Counted from the stretch's first letter, positions 30,467 through 38,885 are shown. The stretch is 55,345 nucleotides of DNA from a bacterium (GCA_021777675.1 JAJYDG010000002.1:1-55345); one strand, 5' to 3'. The notes: generated by a model from the letters alone, not told the origin. Numbers and translations are program-made.

Positions 30467-31645
30467 TTATCCGCCAAACCCGCGAAGACCTCCGATTCCA
30501 CCACCCCTGCTACTCGTCGTGGTTGTGGTTGATTTGGTGCCAGAACCAATTGTTTGCGTGACAACTTTATCTCCGGCAGAAACTCCGCCAACAATTACCG
30601 TTTCAGTATTATTGGCATCGCCGATTTCAACTTTCCTTTGTTCAGGAGTATCTCCGTTTAGCAATTCAACGAAATTATTATTTCCCTGCGATTTAATTGC
30701 GCTATTCGGCACAGTAATCACATCATTTTCCACCTTAGTAATAATAGACGCTGAAACACTCATTTCCGGTCTAATTCTCGGATCGAGCGTATCAAAATCA
30801 ATCGTTACATTATATGTAACAACACCAGAGCTAAGCGTTCCGAGCGAATCCATTTTTTCCACCTTTCCGGAAATATTCAAACCATCGATTGCATTAAATT
30901 TTAACATAACTTTTTGTCCGACAGAAACATTAGGAATATCAATCTCATTTACTTGCACTTGCGCTTTAAGCGTACTCAAATCTCCGATAATAATCGGGGC
31001 AAAAGAATTGCTATTTGAAGAAAGTCGGCTCAAATCATCTCCGTTTTTAACATTAACGGCATTAACTGTTCCGTCAATCGGAGCCACTACAGTTCTTTTA
31101 GCCGCATTAGCCATTTGGTTATTATAACTTGATAAAGATGCATCGTAACTTTTCTGCGCAGCAACTAGCCCTTCTTCGGCAATATTGATTTTTTTATCTA
31201 AAATTCTTTTTTCATCGGCCGTATTGGAACTGTCTTTTTTTCCTTTGCGATAATCCGCCTTGGCTTGACTTACATTTAGTATTGCTGAATCAACTGCATT
31301 TTGGGCCTGCTGAAGAGAAGCAACTGCTTGTGCGCTACTTACAGAGAGATCATCATTGACAATTGTAAATAATGTTTGCCCTTTCTTAACTTTATCGCCA
31401 ACATTAACAGCCAAGTTCGCCACTGTTCCGGTAATCGTCGGGTCGACAGTTGAACTTTGGTCCACAATCACATTCCCTGATCCGGAAATAGAATTCGTAA
31501 AAGTGCTTTTTTCCGCTGTTATCGTTTTGTATTGCACAACCGTATTTTTTGAATTGCTTTTAGCATACCAATAATATGCCCCGCTCAAAAGCAAAATAAT
31601 CACTACTGCACCATAAATCTTTCTTGGCCTTGTCATCTTTTTCAT
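30467..31645 (-). CDS. HlyD/MacA-type periplasmic adaptor (membrane fusion protein)
   Basis: Transmembrane anchor, lipoyl-like segments (G.V..L.V..GD.VKKGQ.LF), a coiled-coil hairpin, a beta-barrel domain, and a G/T/S-rich tail. Confidence 0.8.
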   Translation of the reverse strand: MKKMTRPRKIYGAVVIILLLSGAYYWYAKSNSKNTVVQYKTITAEKSTFTNSISGSGNVIVDQSSTVDPTITGTVANLAVNVGDKVKKGQTLFTIVNDDLSVSSAQAVASLQQAQNAVDSAILNVSQAKADYRKGKKDSSNTADEKRILDKKINIAEEGLVAAQKSYDASLSSYNNQMANAAKRTVVAPIDGTVNAVNVKNGDDLSRLSSNSNSFAPIIIGDLSTLKAQVQVNEIDIPNVSVGQKVMLKFNAIDGLNISGKVEKMDSLGTLSSGVVTYNVTIDFDTLDPRIRPEMSVSASIITKVENDVITVPNSAIKSQGNNNFVELLNGDTPEQRKVEIGDANNTETVIVGGVSAGDKVVTQTIGSGTKSTTTTTSSRGGGIGGLRGFGG

Positions 31646-31656
31646 AAAATTAAAAA

Positions 31657-32184
31657 TTATTTTCCATTATTAGCATTATTAAAAACGCGAATCAAATCGG
31701 CACTCACCACGCCTTGATTGTTAGGAGTGCCCATAACCACAATATGATCACCAGCTTTAATATCGGAAGCATTCAAATTATCAGCATTGCGCTTAATAAT
31801 TGTTTTATCATTTACCGCTACGGTATTTTCTTTTTCTTCGCGATCTTTCACGATTATGTTATTACCGGAAACAGAAATTACCGTTCCAGCCAATCCATGA
31901 GCATTACGCAAATCGTCACCTTCCATTTGGCGAAAAAAACCGATCATCCCGCCTCCTCCATCAGCCGGAGGAGGAAAATTTCCACGATTGATATTGTGTC
32001 CGACAAAATTTCGCTCATAATTTTGCCCCCACTCATAAGAAAAGCGCGCTTTATGAAAACCAATCATTACCCCGCAAGAAAAACTCAACAAAATAACTAA
32101 AAAAATGCCGACGACACCAATGGCTATTCTGAATTTATTTGATTTAAAAGTTTCTTTCATATTCATATATTTGTTATATTCCAC
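31657..32184 (-). CDS. Membrane-anchored DUF5666-like protein (paralog of 28048..28509)
   Basis: Transmembrane anchor, G-rich linker, then GTVISVSGNNIIVKDREEKENTVAVNDKTII...SDIKAGDHIVVMGTPNNQGVVSADLIRV. Confidence 0.45.
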   Translation of the reverse strand: MEYNKYMNMKETFKSNKFRIAIGVVGIFLVILLSFSCGVMIGFHKARFSYEWGQNYERNFVGHNINRGNFPPPADGGGGMIGFFRQMEGDDLRNAHGLAGTVISVSGNNIIVKDREEKENTVAVNDKTIIKRNADNLNASDIKAGDHIVVMGTPNNQGVVSADLIRVFNNANNGK

Positions 32185-32584
32185 TATATTTATGAGTTGA
32201 ATTAATTTTATTGTTTAGAAAAATATTAACTGAAATAAGCATTGTAAAAATAGGCAAAAGAAATATTGCTACATAAATTGTCGGGAAGGTTTCCAGCAAA
32301 GAAAATATATAAATATTCCAATTTTTCAAAACAACCACCGCATCGGAAAAAATTAAAGAAGATACATTCCAAAATTCTGATTGCAAAAACAATTGCCCGA
32401 AATTCAATATCGCATATGTCAAAAATAATACCGATCCGCCCAAGCCAAAATAAGAAAAAATCAGCTGTCTTTTGGCTCTTCCGATCTTTTCTTTTTCGAT
32501 TCTTGCCAATAACAAAGACTCAAAACCAAAAGGCAAATCAAGCTCTTTAATATTTTCAAACATTTGTTTTAATCTTTCCTCCAT
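32174..32584 (-). CDS. Membrane protein, putative anti-sigma factor (assigned by position only)
   Basis: Lies downstream of the ECF sigma gene and has 3 hydrophobic helices. There is no zinc-binding anti-sigma motif. Confidence 0.35.
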   Translation of the reverse strand: MEERLKQMFENIKELDLPFGFESLLLARIEKEKIGRAKRQLIFSYFGLGGSVLFLTYAILNFGQLFLQSEFWNVSSLIFSDAVVVLKNWNIYIFSLLETFPTIYVAIFLLPIFTMLISVNIFLNNKINSTHKYSGI

Positions 32585-32607
32585 ATGTTTTGCATCACAA
32601 TAAGACT

Positions 32608-32671
32608 TGCGCGTTTAGCGCTCGCTTTCGTGAAAAATGAAAAAGCACGAAAGGAACAGTCTAAACGCGCA
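32608..32671 (-). promoter_or_regulatory. Two-tier GC-rich hairpin between the sigma and putative anti-sigma genes
   Basis: The outer 11-bp perfect stem tgcgcgtttag/ctaaacgcgca encloses an inner 8-bp perfect stem ctttcgtg/cacgaaag with a 13-nt loop. No T-run follows on the transcribed strand. Confidence 0.4.
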
Positions 32672-32701
32672 CGCCTTACACTTAATACGATTAAGAATCA
32701 T

Positions 32702-33268
32702 TTATGGGTGCAAATCTTTATCAAAACTTTTTTTCAAAGCGTCCAATGCGCGCCTGTGCCGGCTTTTTACGGTGTTATAGGTTAAATTTAAAATTTCAGC
32801 AATTTCATTCAAGGAAAAATCATCGCTATACCGCATAAACAAAATCAACCGATATTTTTCATCAAGCAATTTCAATTTTTCCTCCAACTCTCCGCTCAAT
32901 TCCATCCGCATCAAGACTTCATCAGGTAAAATTTTATCCTCCGCAATATTTTCCAGTTTATTCGAACCGTCTTCATTTTCAAAAAGAGCAAAGGACAAAG
33001 TTTTTTTCTTTTTCCAATAGTCATAAACCGTATTTTTGGCAATCGCAAATAACCATACCTTAAAATCTTTTTCCAAGTCAAAGCGCCTGATATTTTTCCA
33101 AGCCTTAAGAAAAGTTATCTGAGTTAAATCATCAACAGCACTTAAGTCATTTGTTAAATGATAAATAAAATTATAAACCGGCTTTAAGTATTTTTTCACC
33201 AAAACTTCAAAAGACAAATCATCTCCGATTAAAAATTTTTCAATTAATTGTCTGTCTGCTTGCGCCAT
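32702..33268 (-). CDS. ECF-type RNA polymerase sigma factor (sigma-70 family, regions 2 and 4)
   Basis: 188 aa with region 2 (DDLTQITFLKAWKNIRRF) and a region 4 helix-turn-helix (FSLNEIAEILNLTYNTVKSRHRRAL). Confidence 0.85.
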   Translation of the reverse strand: MAQADRQLIEKFLIGDDLSFEVLVKKYLKPVYNFIYHLTNDLSAVDDLTQITFLKAWKNIRRFDLEKDFKVWLFAIAKNTVYDYWKKKKTLSFALFENEDGSNKLENIAEDKILPDEVLMRMELSGELEEKLKLLDEKYRLILFMRYSDDFSLNEIAEILNLTYNTVKSRHRRALDALKKSFDKDLHP

Positions 33269-33322
33269 AAATTAAGTTATCTTTCGGTTTTTCATTATTT
33301 CAATCTTTGTGCCTCATGCCTC

Positions 33323-33331
33323 ATTATAACA
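33323..33331 (-). promoter_or_regulatory. Extended -10 element (TGTTATAAT) upstream of the ECF sigma gene
   Basis: The minus strand reads ATGTTATAATG about 55 nt upstream of ATG 33268. Confidence 0.35.
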
Positions 33332-33344
33332 TAGAATTAAAAAA

Positions 33345-33378
33345 GGCGTTTTGGTTTTTCGCGAAAAACCAAAACGCC
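33345..33378 (-). terminator. Rho-independent terminator (15-bp perfect stem)
   Basis: ggcgttttggttttt cgcg aaaaaccaaaacgcc, with a T-run following on the minus strand. It lies downstream of the ORF ending at 33400. Confidence 0.7.
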
Positions 33379-33399
33379 CTAATCGTTATTCATAAAACA

Positions 33400-34251
33400 T
33401 TATTTATAAATACTTTTTATAAATAATGTTTCCTCCTCAGTTATGTTGTCGCTAAATGCCTTTTTAATAGCGACAAAAACAGCGTTTATCCAGACATTTG
33501 TCCGAATAAACTCTTCTTCATCCTTTGATGCCGGCTTTCCAAAAATTTTTGCCAGCTTGGGATTGTATTTTTTCGGATTAGGCATAAAATATCCGAAGTC
33601 GTCTTTTTTCTTCTCCATCACGGCGCAAATTTTTTGCGCCTCGGCATTGACAATCTTTCGATAAAGCTGACCTCCCAAAGCCATTGTCAGATCATTTTGA
33701 AAAATCTGCGCGTCTTTTTCCATCAAGTCGTAATACTCCGCGCACAGTTTTTCATCACCGCAATTAATGATAGACTCCAGCGCATTATACCCCTCATGCG
33801 CCAGTGCCAGCGCCTTATTTTTTTTGCCAAATTTTATGCGAGAATTCAAGAGCAAAACTCGCTCTTTCGGAGAAAATTCAAGCACCAGTTTTGAACGATA
33901 AAAATCTTTCCAATCCTCATTCAAAGTAACATCGCTTGCAAGAATTGGAACAATAATCAAATTCTCATCCTTGTTCATATTTTTTGAGAAAGTTTCCACT
34001 CCGCAAGATCGTGGAGCGCCAACAATCACCTTATTCTTGAAAAACTCCCTAATTTCCTGCAACTTGACATTATCAATTCTGCCAAGCTCTTCATTGAAAT
34101 TGTCAAGCCATTCATCAACAATCTCAATTCTTTTTTCAAACAGGTTGTCATCGCCATTATTAGCAAACGCTTTTGGCGTAAAAAAAATTTGAGAAAAAAG
34201 ACATACCATTGCCAATAAAAAAAACACTGAAAACACTCCGCTTTTTTTCAT
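33400..34251 (-). CDS. Secreted hypothetical protein
   Basis: Signal-peptide-like N-terminus (VFSVFFLLAMVCLFSQIFFTPKAFA). No recognisable family. Confidence 0.45.
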   Translation of the reverse strand: MKKSGVFSVFFLLAMVCLFSQIFFTPKAFANNGDDNLFEKRIEIVDEWLDNFNEELGRIDNVKLQEIREFFKNKVIVGAPRSCGVETFSKNMNKDENLIIVPILASDVTLNEDWKDFYRSKLVLEFSPKERVLLLNSRIKFGKKNKALALAHEGYNALESIINCGDEKLCAEYYDLMEKDAQIFQNDLTMALGGQLYRKIVNAEAQKICAVMEKKKDDFGYFMPNPKKYNPKLAKIFGKPASKDEEEFIRTNVWINAVFVAIKKAFSDNITEEETLFIKSIYK

Positions 34252-34394
34252 AAAAAATCTCCTTTTTGGAAAAATTTCACTATTGCCAAAAAATCACCAA
34301 TCGATTATCTGGCTTTTTTTAATGAACTGCGAGTTGAAATTGTAAATTATTTCAGAAGAAGTGTCAAACTTACTATCCAAAATAAAATTGAAGG

Positions 34395-34423
34395 TTGACT
34401 AATTCCTGATTATCCCCTATACT
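34395..34423 (+). promoter_or_regulatory. Sigma-70 promoter of the rpsF operon (TTGACT, 17-nt spacer, TATACT)
   Basis: TTGACT at 34395..34400, 17-nt spacer, TATACT at 34418..34423. It sits about 135 nt upstream of the rpsF ATG. Confidence 0.5.
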
Positions 34424-34558
34424 AATAAAACAAATTTAGAAAAGCCCCAAAGTTCTCTCGCCTGACGATTTTCGCCGGGATAAGATTACAAAATTCCGCA
34501 CAGGGGCAGTTCTGAGGCGGTTTTTGGTTTATTAATTATTTTATTTTAATCATACATT

Positions 34559-35080
34559 ATGCGTTACGAACTGTTTTATCTTATTGGAGTTTCCAAGGAA
34601 CTGGAGCTTGCCAAAATCAAGCAAGAAGTGGACGAAATAATTACTGAACATTCTGGTGTTTTTGAAGAGAAAATAACCGAAGAAAAAAGAAAAATGGCCT
34701 ATAAAATCAAAAAGGATACACATGGCATTTATATCGCCAAAAGATTTTCCCTGAAAAATACCGCCCATATCAATGAAATAATTAAAAAATTAAATCTCTA
34801 TCCGGGAATTTTAAGATTTATCATAAGTGATGCATCAACTTTGCCTGAACTGAAAACAAAAGAAGAGCGCATCGAGCAAGAAGAAAAAAGAAATGCTTCA
34901 GAAGCAATGCAAAAAGAAAAACAAGAATTGATTGAAAAAGAAAAGATTGCCCAAAAAGACCGCATGGTTCCAGCCAAAAAAGAGTCTTCCAAGAAAAAAG
35001 ATACCAAAGAAGAAATAGAAGAAAAAAAAGAAACTGCACAAGATTTGGATAAAAAGCTAGAAGAAATATTAAATATTTAA
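34559..35080 (+). CDS. rpsF: 30S ribosomal protein S6 with a K/E-rich C-terminal extension
   Basis: MRYELFYLI...RKMAYKIKK..HGIYI core, and the conserved rpsF-ssb-rpsR gene order. Confidence 0.85.
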   Translation: MRYELFYLIGVSKELELAKIKQEVDEIITEHSGVFEEKITEEKRKMAYKIKKDTHGIYIAKRFSLKNTAHINEIIKKLNLYPGILRFIISDASTLPELKTKEERIEQEEKRNASEAMQKEKQELIEKEKIAQKDRMVPAKKESSKKKDTKEEIEEKKETAQDLDKKLEEILNI

Positions 35081-35151
35081 TTAACCAATTTTTTAATTAA
35101 ATACTTGGAGCTGATAAATTTTCAGCGATAAGCAATTTAAAATAAAAAAAT

Positions 35152-35640
35152 ATGAATATAAATAAAGTAATCCTTGTTGGAAGATTAACGAGAGATCCTG
35201 AAGTACGCACAACAACAACCGGGCAAACTGTCACTTCAATTTCAATGGCTACTAATCGTTTCTGGAAAGACAAAAACGGGCAAAAACAAGACCAGACAGA
35301 ATTTCACAATGTTGTTTTGTGGGGAAAATTAGGCGAAATTGCCGGACAATATTTAGCCAAAGGACAAGAAGCCTACATTGAAGGACGTTTAGCCACAAGA
35401 AAATATACTGGAAAAGACGGCATTGAAAGAAGAACAACCGAAATTGTGGCGGAAAATATGCAACTCGGATCAAGAGCGGGACAAGGAAGCGGACAGGCGA
35501 CGGGAAATTATAGCAAACCGGAAAACTCTTCATCGGAAAACCAGACAAAAAACAAGCCTGCGACAATTGAAGAAACTATCCCCACTATTGATCTTGATGC
35601 GGATGAAGATGAGGTTCGCATTGAAGATGTTCCTTTTTAG
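35152..35640 (+). CDS. ssb: Single-stranded DNA-binding protein
   Basis: OB-fold N-terminus (NKVILVGRLTRDPEVR...FHNVVLWGKLAE-like), G/Q/S-rich linker, and an acidic tail ending in DVPF. Confidence 0.9.
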   Translation: MNINKVILVGRLTRDPEVRTTTTGQTVTSISMATNRFWKDKNGQKQDQTEFHNVVLWGKLGEIAGQYLAKGQEAYIEGRLATRKYTGKDGIERRTTEIVAENMQLGSRAGQGSGQATGNYSKPENSSSENQTKNKPATIEETIPTIDLDADEDEVRIEDVPF

Positions 35641-35682
35641 TTTTTATTTAATTTTAATTATTTTTTATTTTATAAACACACT

Positions 35683-35910
35683 ATGCGCAACAATACTGAA
35701 TTAACAGAAAAAAAAGCTTGCTATTTCTGCCAAAACAGAATGGACAAGATTGATTTTAAGGATGCCTATTTTATCCGTCGTTTTATGAACTCTCAAGGTA
35801 AAATTTATCCGCCAAAACGCCATGGGACTTGCGCTAAGCATCAAAGACTGTTAACTAAGGCTATTAAAAAATCTCGTGTTATGGCACTTGTTCCTTTTGT
35901 AGCAAGATAA
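35683..35910 (+). CDS. rpsR: 30S ribosomal protein S18
   Basis: CYFC...IDFKD...RRF......I.P.R.TG.CAKHQR.L..AIK.SR motif. Confidence 0.9.
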   Translation: MRNNTELTEKKACYFCQNRMDKIDFKDAYFIRRFMNSQGKIYPPKRHGTCAKHQRLLTKAIKKSRVMALVPFVAR

Positions 35911-35935
35911 AAAAATTAAACGAATTCAAAAAAAT

Positions 35936-36493
35936 ATGATTGGAATTTCCGATATTAAAACTGGAAAAAATATTATTCTGAATGGAATGCCTTTTTCCGT
36001 ACTCTACCATGAACACTCAAAAACCGGACGCGCCGGATCTGTTTTGCGGACACGATTAAAAAATCTTGCCACCGGAGCGGTTTTGGAAAAAACTTTTCAA
36101 GGAGCCGAAACTGTTGAGGAAGCGCAAATTATCAAATCCAAAGCGCAATATCTCTACAAAGAAAATGACGGATATTGTTTTATGGATAATGAATCTTATG
36201 AACAATTTACACTTTCCGCTGAAGCTCTTGGCACAAATATCGACTATCTCGTTGAAGGAACGGAAGTAATATTCCTTAATTTCAACGGTAGCGCCATCAA
36301 CATTGAACTTCCCATTAAAATGAAATTAAAAGTTGCTGACGCACCTCCGGGGATAAAAGGCAATACTGTTTCCACCGGAGGCAAAATGGTCACCCTGGAA
36401 ACCGGTAAAAAAATCTCCACTCCCCTTTTCGTGGAAGCTGGAGATGAAATCATCGTCAACACCGAAAAAGGCGAATATGTCAGTCGCGCATAA
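35936..36493 (+). CDS. efp: Elongation factor P
   Basis: 185 aa. SDIKTGKNIILNGMPF...HSKTGRAG motif and three-domain length. Confidence 0.9.
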   Translation: MIGISDIKTGKNIILNGMPFSVLYHEHSKTGRAGSVLRTRLKNLATGAVLEKTFQGAETVEEAQIIKSKAQYLYKENDGYCFMDNESYEQFTLSAEALGTNIDYLVEGTEVIFLNFNGSAINIELPIKMKLKVADAPPGIKGNTVSTGGKMVTLETGKKISTPLFVEAGDEIIVNTEKGEYVSRA

Positions 36494-36578
36494 AATCAGA
36501 ATTATTATCAACAAAACTGCAATAAACTAAACATTTTCTTTTGTTTTGTTGTTTCCAAAAAAATGTTAAACTGAATTT

Positions 36579-37025
36579 ATGAGCGTACTAGCAATTAATA
36601 AAAGAGCTGGATTCGATTATTTCCTTCTCAATGAATATGAGGCCGGTTTGGTTTTAAGTGGCCAGGAGGTGAAATCAATTCGTTTAGGACAAGTAAGTCT
36701 GAAGGAAAGTTTTGTTACCCTAAAAGCTAACGAACTTTATCTCACTAATGCCTATATCGCTCCTTATAAGCAAGCAGGAAAAAATCAAATCGGAGATCCG
36801 ACCGGACCACGAAAATTACTTCTGAGAAAATCGGAAATACGCCAATTAATCGGAAAAGTGCGCACTGAGGGCTTGACATTAGTGCCTATTAAGATATATA
36901 CTAAAAAGCGATTATTGAAGCTCTCTTTCGCAATCGCCAAAGGCAAGAAAAAATTTGATAAACGAGAGAGTATAGCCAAAAAAGAAGCAATGAGAAATAT
37001 CCGCAGAGTTTTAAAAAACAATTAA
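36579..37025 (+). CDS. smpB: SsrA-binding protein SmpB
   Basis: 148 aa. NKRA.FDY......EAGLVL.G.EVKS.R motif. The tmRNA gene starts 8 nt downstream. Confidence 0.9.
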   Translation: MSVLAINKRAGFDYFLLNEYEAGLVLSGQEVKSIRLGQVSLKESFVTLKANELYLTNAYIAPYKQAGKNQIGDPTGPRKLLLRKSEIRQLIGKVRTEGLTLVPIKIYTKKRLLKLSFAIAKGKKKFDKRESIAKKEAMRNIRRVLKNN

Positions 37026-37033
37026 TTGCGGAT

Positions 37034-37440
37034 GGGGATGTTTGGTTTCGACAGATTGTACATTTAGAATATGCAAGCCGAGGTTGATCATAACTCGTAA
37101 AACATGATCAAAATTATAAGTGCAAACTTATTTACAAAAGCAAAAACTGCAATCGCTAACGCTTTTACAGTCAACTTTGCTACCGCTCTTGCCTAATTAC
37201 CCTAAAAAGGTTTAGCATCAGCCATTAAATCCATTTTGCGCCTGACAAATGGATTTGGTGCCAAATTATCAGCGCTAGTTTCAAATGTTTTTCTTGAGCA
37301 TTTAAAACGAAAAACTTTCAAGATTAGATTAAAAAGATTTTGTTTATCTTTCACTTTTTAATCGAATTAAAGATAAACTAAGCTTGTAGTATATTTTGGG
37401 TGAATAATTTTGGACGCGAGTTCAACTCTCGCCATCTCCA
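37034..37440 (+). ncRNA. ssrA: tmRNA (SsrA), one-piece, tag ANLFTKAKTAIANAFTVNFATALA
   Basis: 5' GGGGAUGUUUGGUUUCGAC..GCAAGCCGAGG...CUCGUAAAA parallels canonical tmRNA. The tag ORF is GCA 37122 to TAA 37196 and ends in ALA. The 3' end is GGACGCGAGUUCAACUCUCGCCAUCUCCA, a T-arm plus acceptor strand pairing with the 5' end and including G3:U70. Confidence 0.85.
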
Positions 37441-37451
37441 CAGCCGATATA

Positions 37452-38018
37452 ATTATTAAATTAAAAGTTATCAGAAGAACTCCCTACCGAAAACCGGTTA
37501 TTAAAAAAGGACCATTAACCAGAATCAACGATCAAATAAGAGCGTTGCAGGTTCGTGTTATTCGCGATACGGATGGCGCGCAACTCGGCGTAATGGATAC
37601 GAGTGTAGCGTTGGAATTGGCACGAGAAGAAATGCTTGATCTGGTTGAAATCGCTCCCAATGCTATTCCTCCCGTTTGCAAAATAATGGATTTTGGAAAA
37701 TTTCAATATCAAAAATCGCGTCTGGAAAGAGCCAATAAATCCAAACAAAAAAAATCGGAAATAAAAGGCATCCGCTTGGGCGTGCGAACTGATGAGCATG
37801 ATTTGACCTTCAAAAAAAACCAAGCGGAAAAATTTTTACAAAAAGGCAACAAAGTCAAAATAGAACTTGCTATGCGCGGAAGAGAGAAAGCGCACCAAGA
37901 TCTCGCCAGAAAAAATTTAGTCGACTTTGTCCAATCAATTTCTTTCCCCCACAAAGTTGAACAAGAAATTAAACGCTATCCGGGCGGTTTCAATATTATT
38001 ATCGCCCCGGAAGAATAA
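37452..38018 (+). CDS. infC: Translation initiation factor IF-3 (probable ATT start)
   Basis: INDQIRALQVRVI..DG.QLGVM....AL.LA.E..LDLVE..P...PPVCKIMDFGK motif. The ORF-track TTG 37410 lies inside the tmRNA. In-frame ATT codons at 37452 and 37455 fit the known non-AUG start of infC. Confidence 0.8.
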   Translation: MIKLKVIRRTPYRKPVIKKGPLTRINDQIRALQVRVIRDTDGAQLGVMDTSVALELAREEMLDLVEIAPNAIPPVCKIMDFGKFQYQKSRLERANKSKQKKSEIKGIRLGVRTDEHDLTFKKNQAEKFLQKGNKVKIELAMRGREKAHQDLARKNLVDFVQSISFPHKVEQEIKRYPGGFNIIIAPEE

Positions 38019-38057
38019 TTTTTTTATAATTTAATTAGTTAGTATTTTTTTAAAATT

Positions 38058-38258
38058 ATGCCAAAACTTAAAACGAAAAAAGCGCTGTCAAAAAAAATCA
38101 AGATCACTAAAAACAAAAAAGTGTTGCGCCGATCAACCGGACAAAATCACTATAATTCAAAAGAAAACGGAAAAGTGGGAAGGGCCAAAAAAGGTGACAA
38201 ACGCCTTTTTCGCGCCGATGAAAAAAATGTTTTAAATGCAATGCATTCAAAAGTTTAA
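38058..38258 (+). CDS. rpmI: 50S ribosomal protein L35
   Basis: MPKLKTKKA..KK.K.T....... N-terminus, 66 aa, and the infC-rpmI-rplT gene order. Confidence 0.9.
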   Translation: MPKLKTKKALSKKIKITKNKKVLRRSTGQNHYNSKENGKVGRAKKGDKRLFRADEKNVLNAMHSKV

Positions 38259-38282
38259 TTTGTTGAATTTTATTAAAATCAT

Positions 38283-38627
38283 ATGACCAGAGTAAAACGC
38301 GGATTGTCCGCATCCAAAAGAAGAAAAAATTTATTGGAAGATGCGAAAGGTTTCAGGTGGCGCAGAAGCACAAATTTTCGTGCAGCCAAAGAGGCTGTTA
38401 TCAAAGCCGGGTCCTATGCTTTTCGTGACAGACGCGCCAAAAAACGCGTAATGCGAAAATTATGGATCACTCGTCTCAACATCGCCCTTCGTGAATTTGG
38501 ACTGAAATACAGCCAATTCATAAAAACAATGGCTACGAAAAAAATTGAGCTTGATCGCAAGGCACTTTCTCAACTTGCAATGACTGAACCGAAGATTTTT
38601 GCCAAATTCATTGAAAAAGTGAAATAA
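38283..38627 (+). CDS. rplT: 50S ribosomal protein L20
   Basis: MTRVKRG..A.KRRK......KGF.. and AFRDRR.KKR motifs. Confidence 0.9.
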   Translation: MTRVKRGLSASKRRKNLLEDAKGFRWRRSTNFRAAKEAVIKAGSYAFRDRRAKKRVMRKLWITRLNIALREFGLKYSQFIKTMATKKIELDRKALSQLAMTEPKIFAKFIEKVK

Positions 38628-38654
38628 AACTCGAAGCTAAAAGACAAGACAAAA

Positions 38655-38683
38655 AGAACAATCGCACCGATTGTTCTTTTTTT
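38655..38683 (+). terminator. Rho-independent terminator after rplT
   Basis: agaacaatcg cac cgattgttct: 10-bp perfect stem followed by tttttt. Confidence 0.7.
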
Positions 38684-38687
38684 AAAA

Positions 38688-38885
38688 TCATTTTTTCAAA
38701 ATAACTTCGCGAATCAACCTGCGTAAAGCATAAAAAGGCAACCAAAGCCACAAAGTTTTTTTAGTCCATTTATTTAGAAAAGCATTTTTATCGGTTGTGG
38801 CGCCAAAATCAAGAAAAACATAAATAATAAAGATTATTAAGGAAAAAGAAACTATAATACCGGCATAAAAATCTATTTGATTCAT
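38688..38885 (-). CDS. Small membrane protein (hypothetical)
   Basis: 65-aa ORF with two hydrophobic segments. No other support. Confidence 0.3.
   Translation of the reverse strand: MNQIDFYAGIIVSFSLIIFIIYVFLDFGATTDKNAFLNKWTKKTLWLWLPFYALRRLIREVILKK

Noticed and set aside
30381-31127. 248-aa plus-strand ORF rich in P/L/S/T.
   Set aside because: It lies entirely antisense to the well-supported HlyD/MacA adaptor and MacB ATPase genes. It is low-complexity with no motifs, so it is a shadow ORF.
32585-32785. 66-aa plus-strand ORF across the sigma/anti-sigma spacer.
   Set aside because: It overlaps the 3' end of the sigma gene in antisense and is kept open only by the GC-rich hairpin. It has no coding features.
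37410-37451. ORF-track TTG start for infC at 37410.
   Set aside because: It lies inside the T-arm and acceptor stem of the tmRNA gene, and the residues it would add are not IF-3-like. An ATT start at 37452 or 37455 is more plausible.
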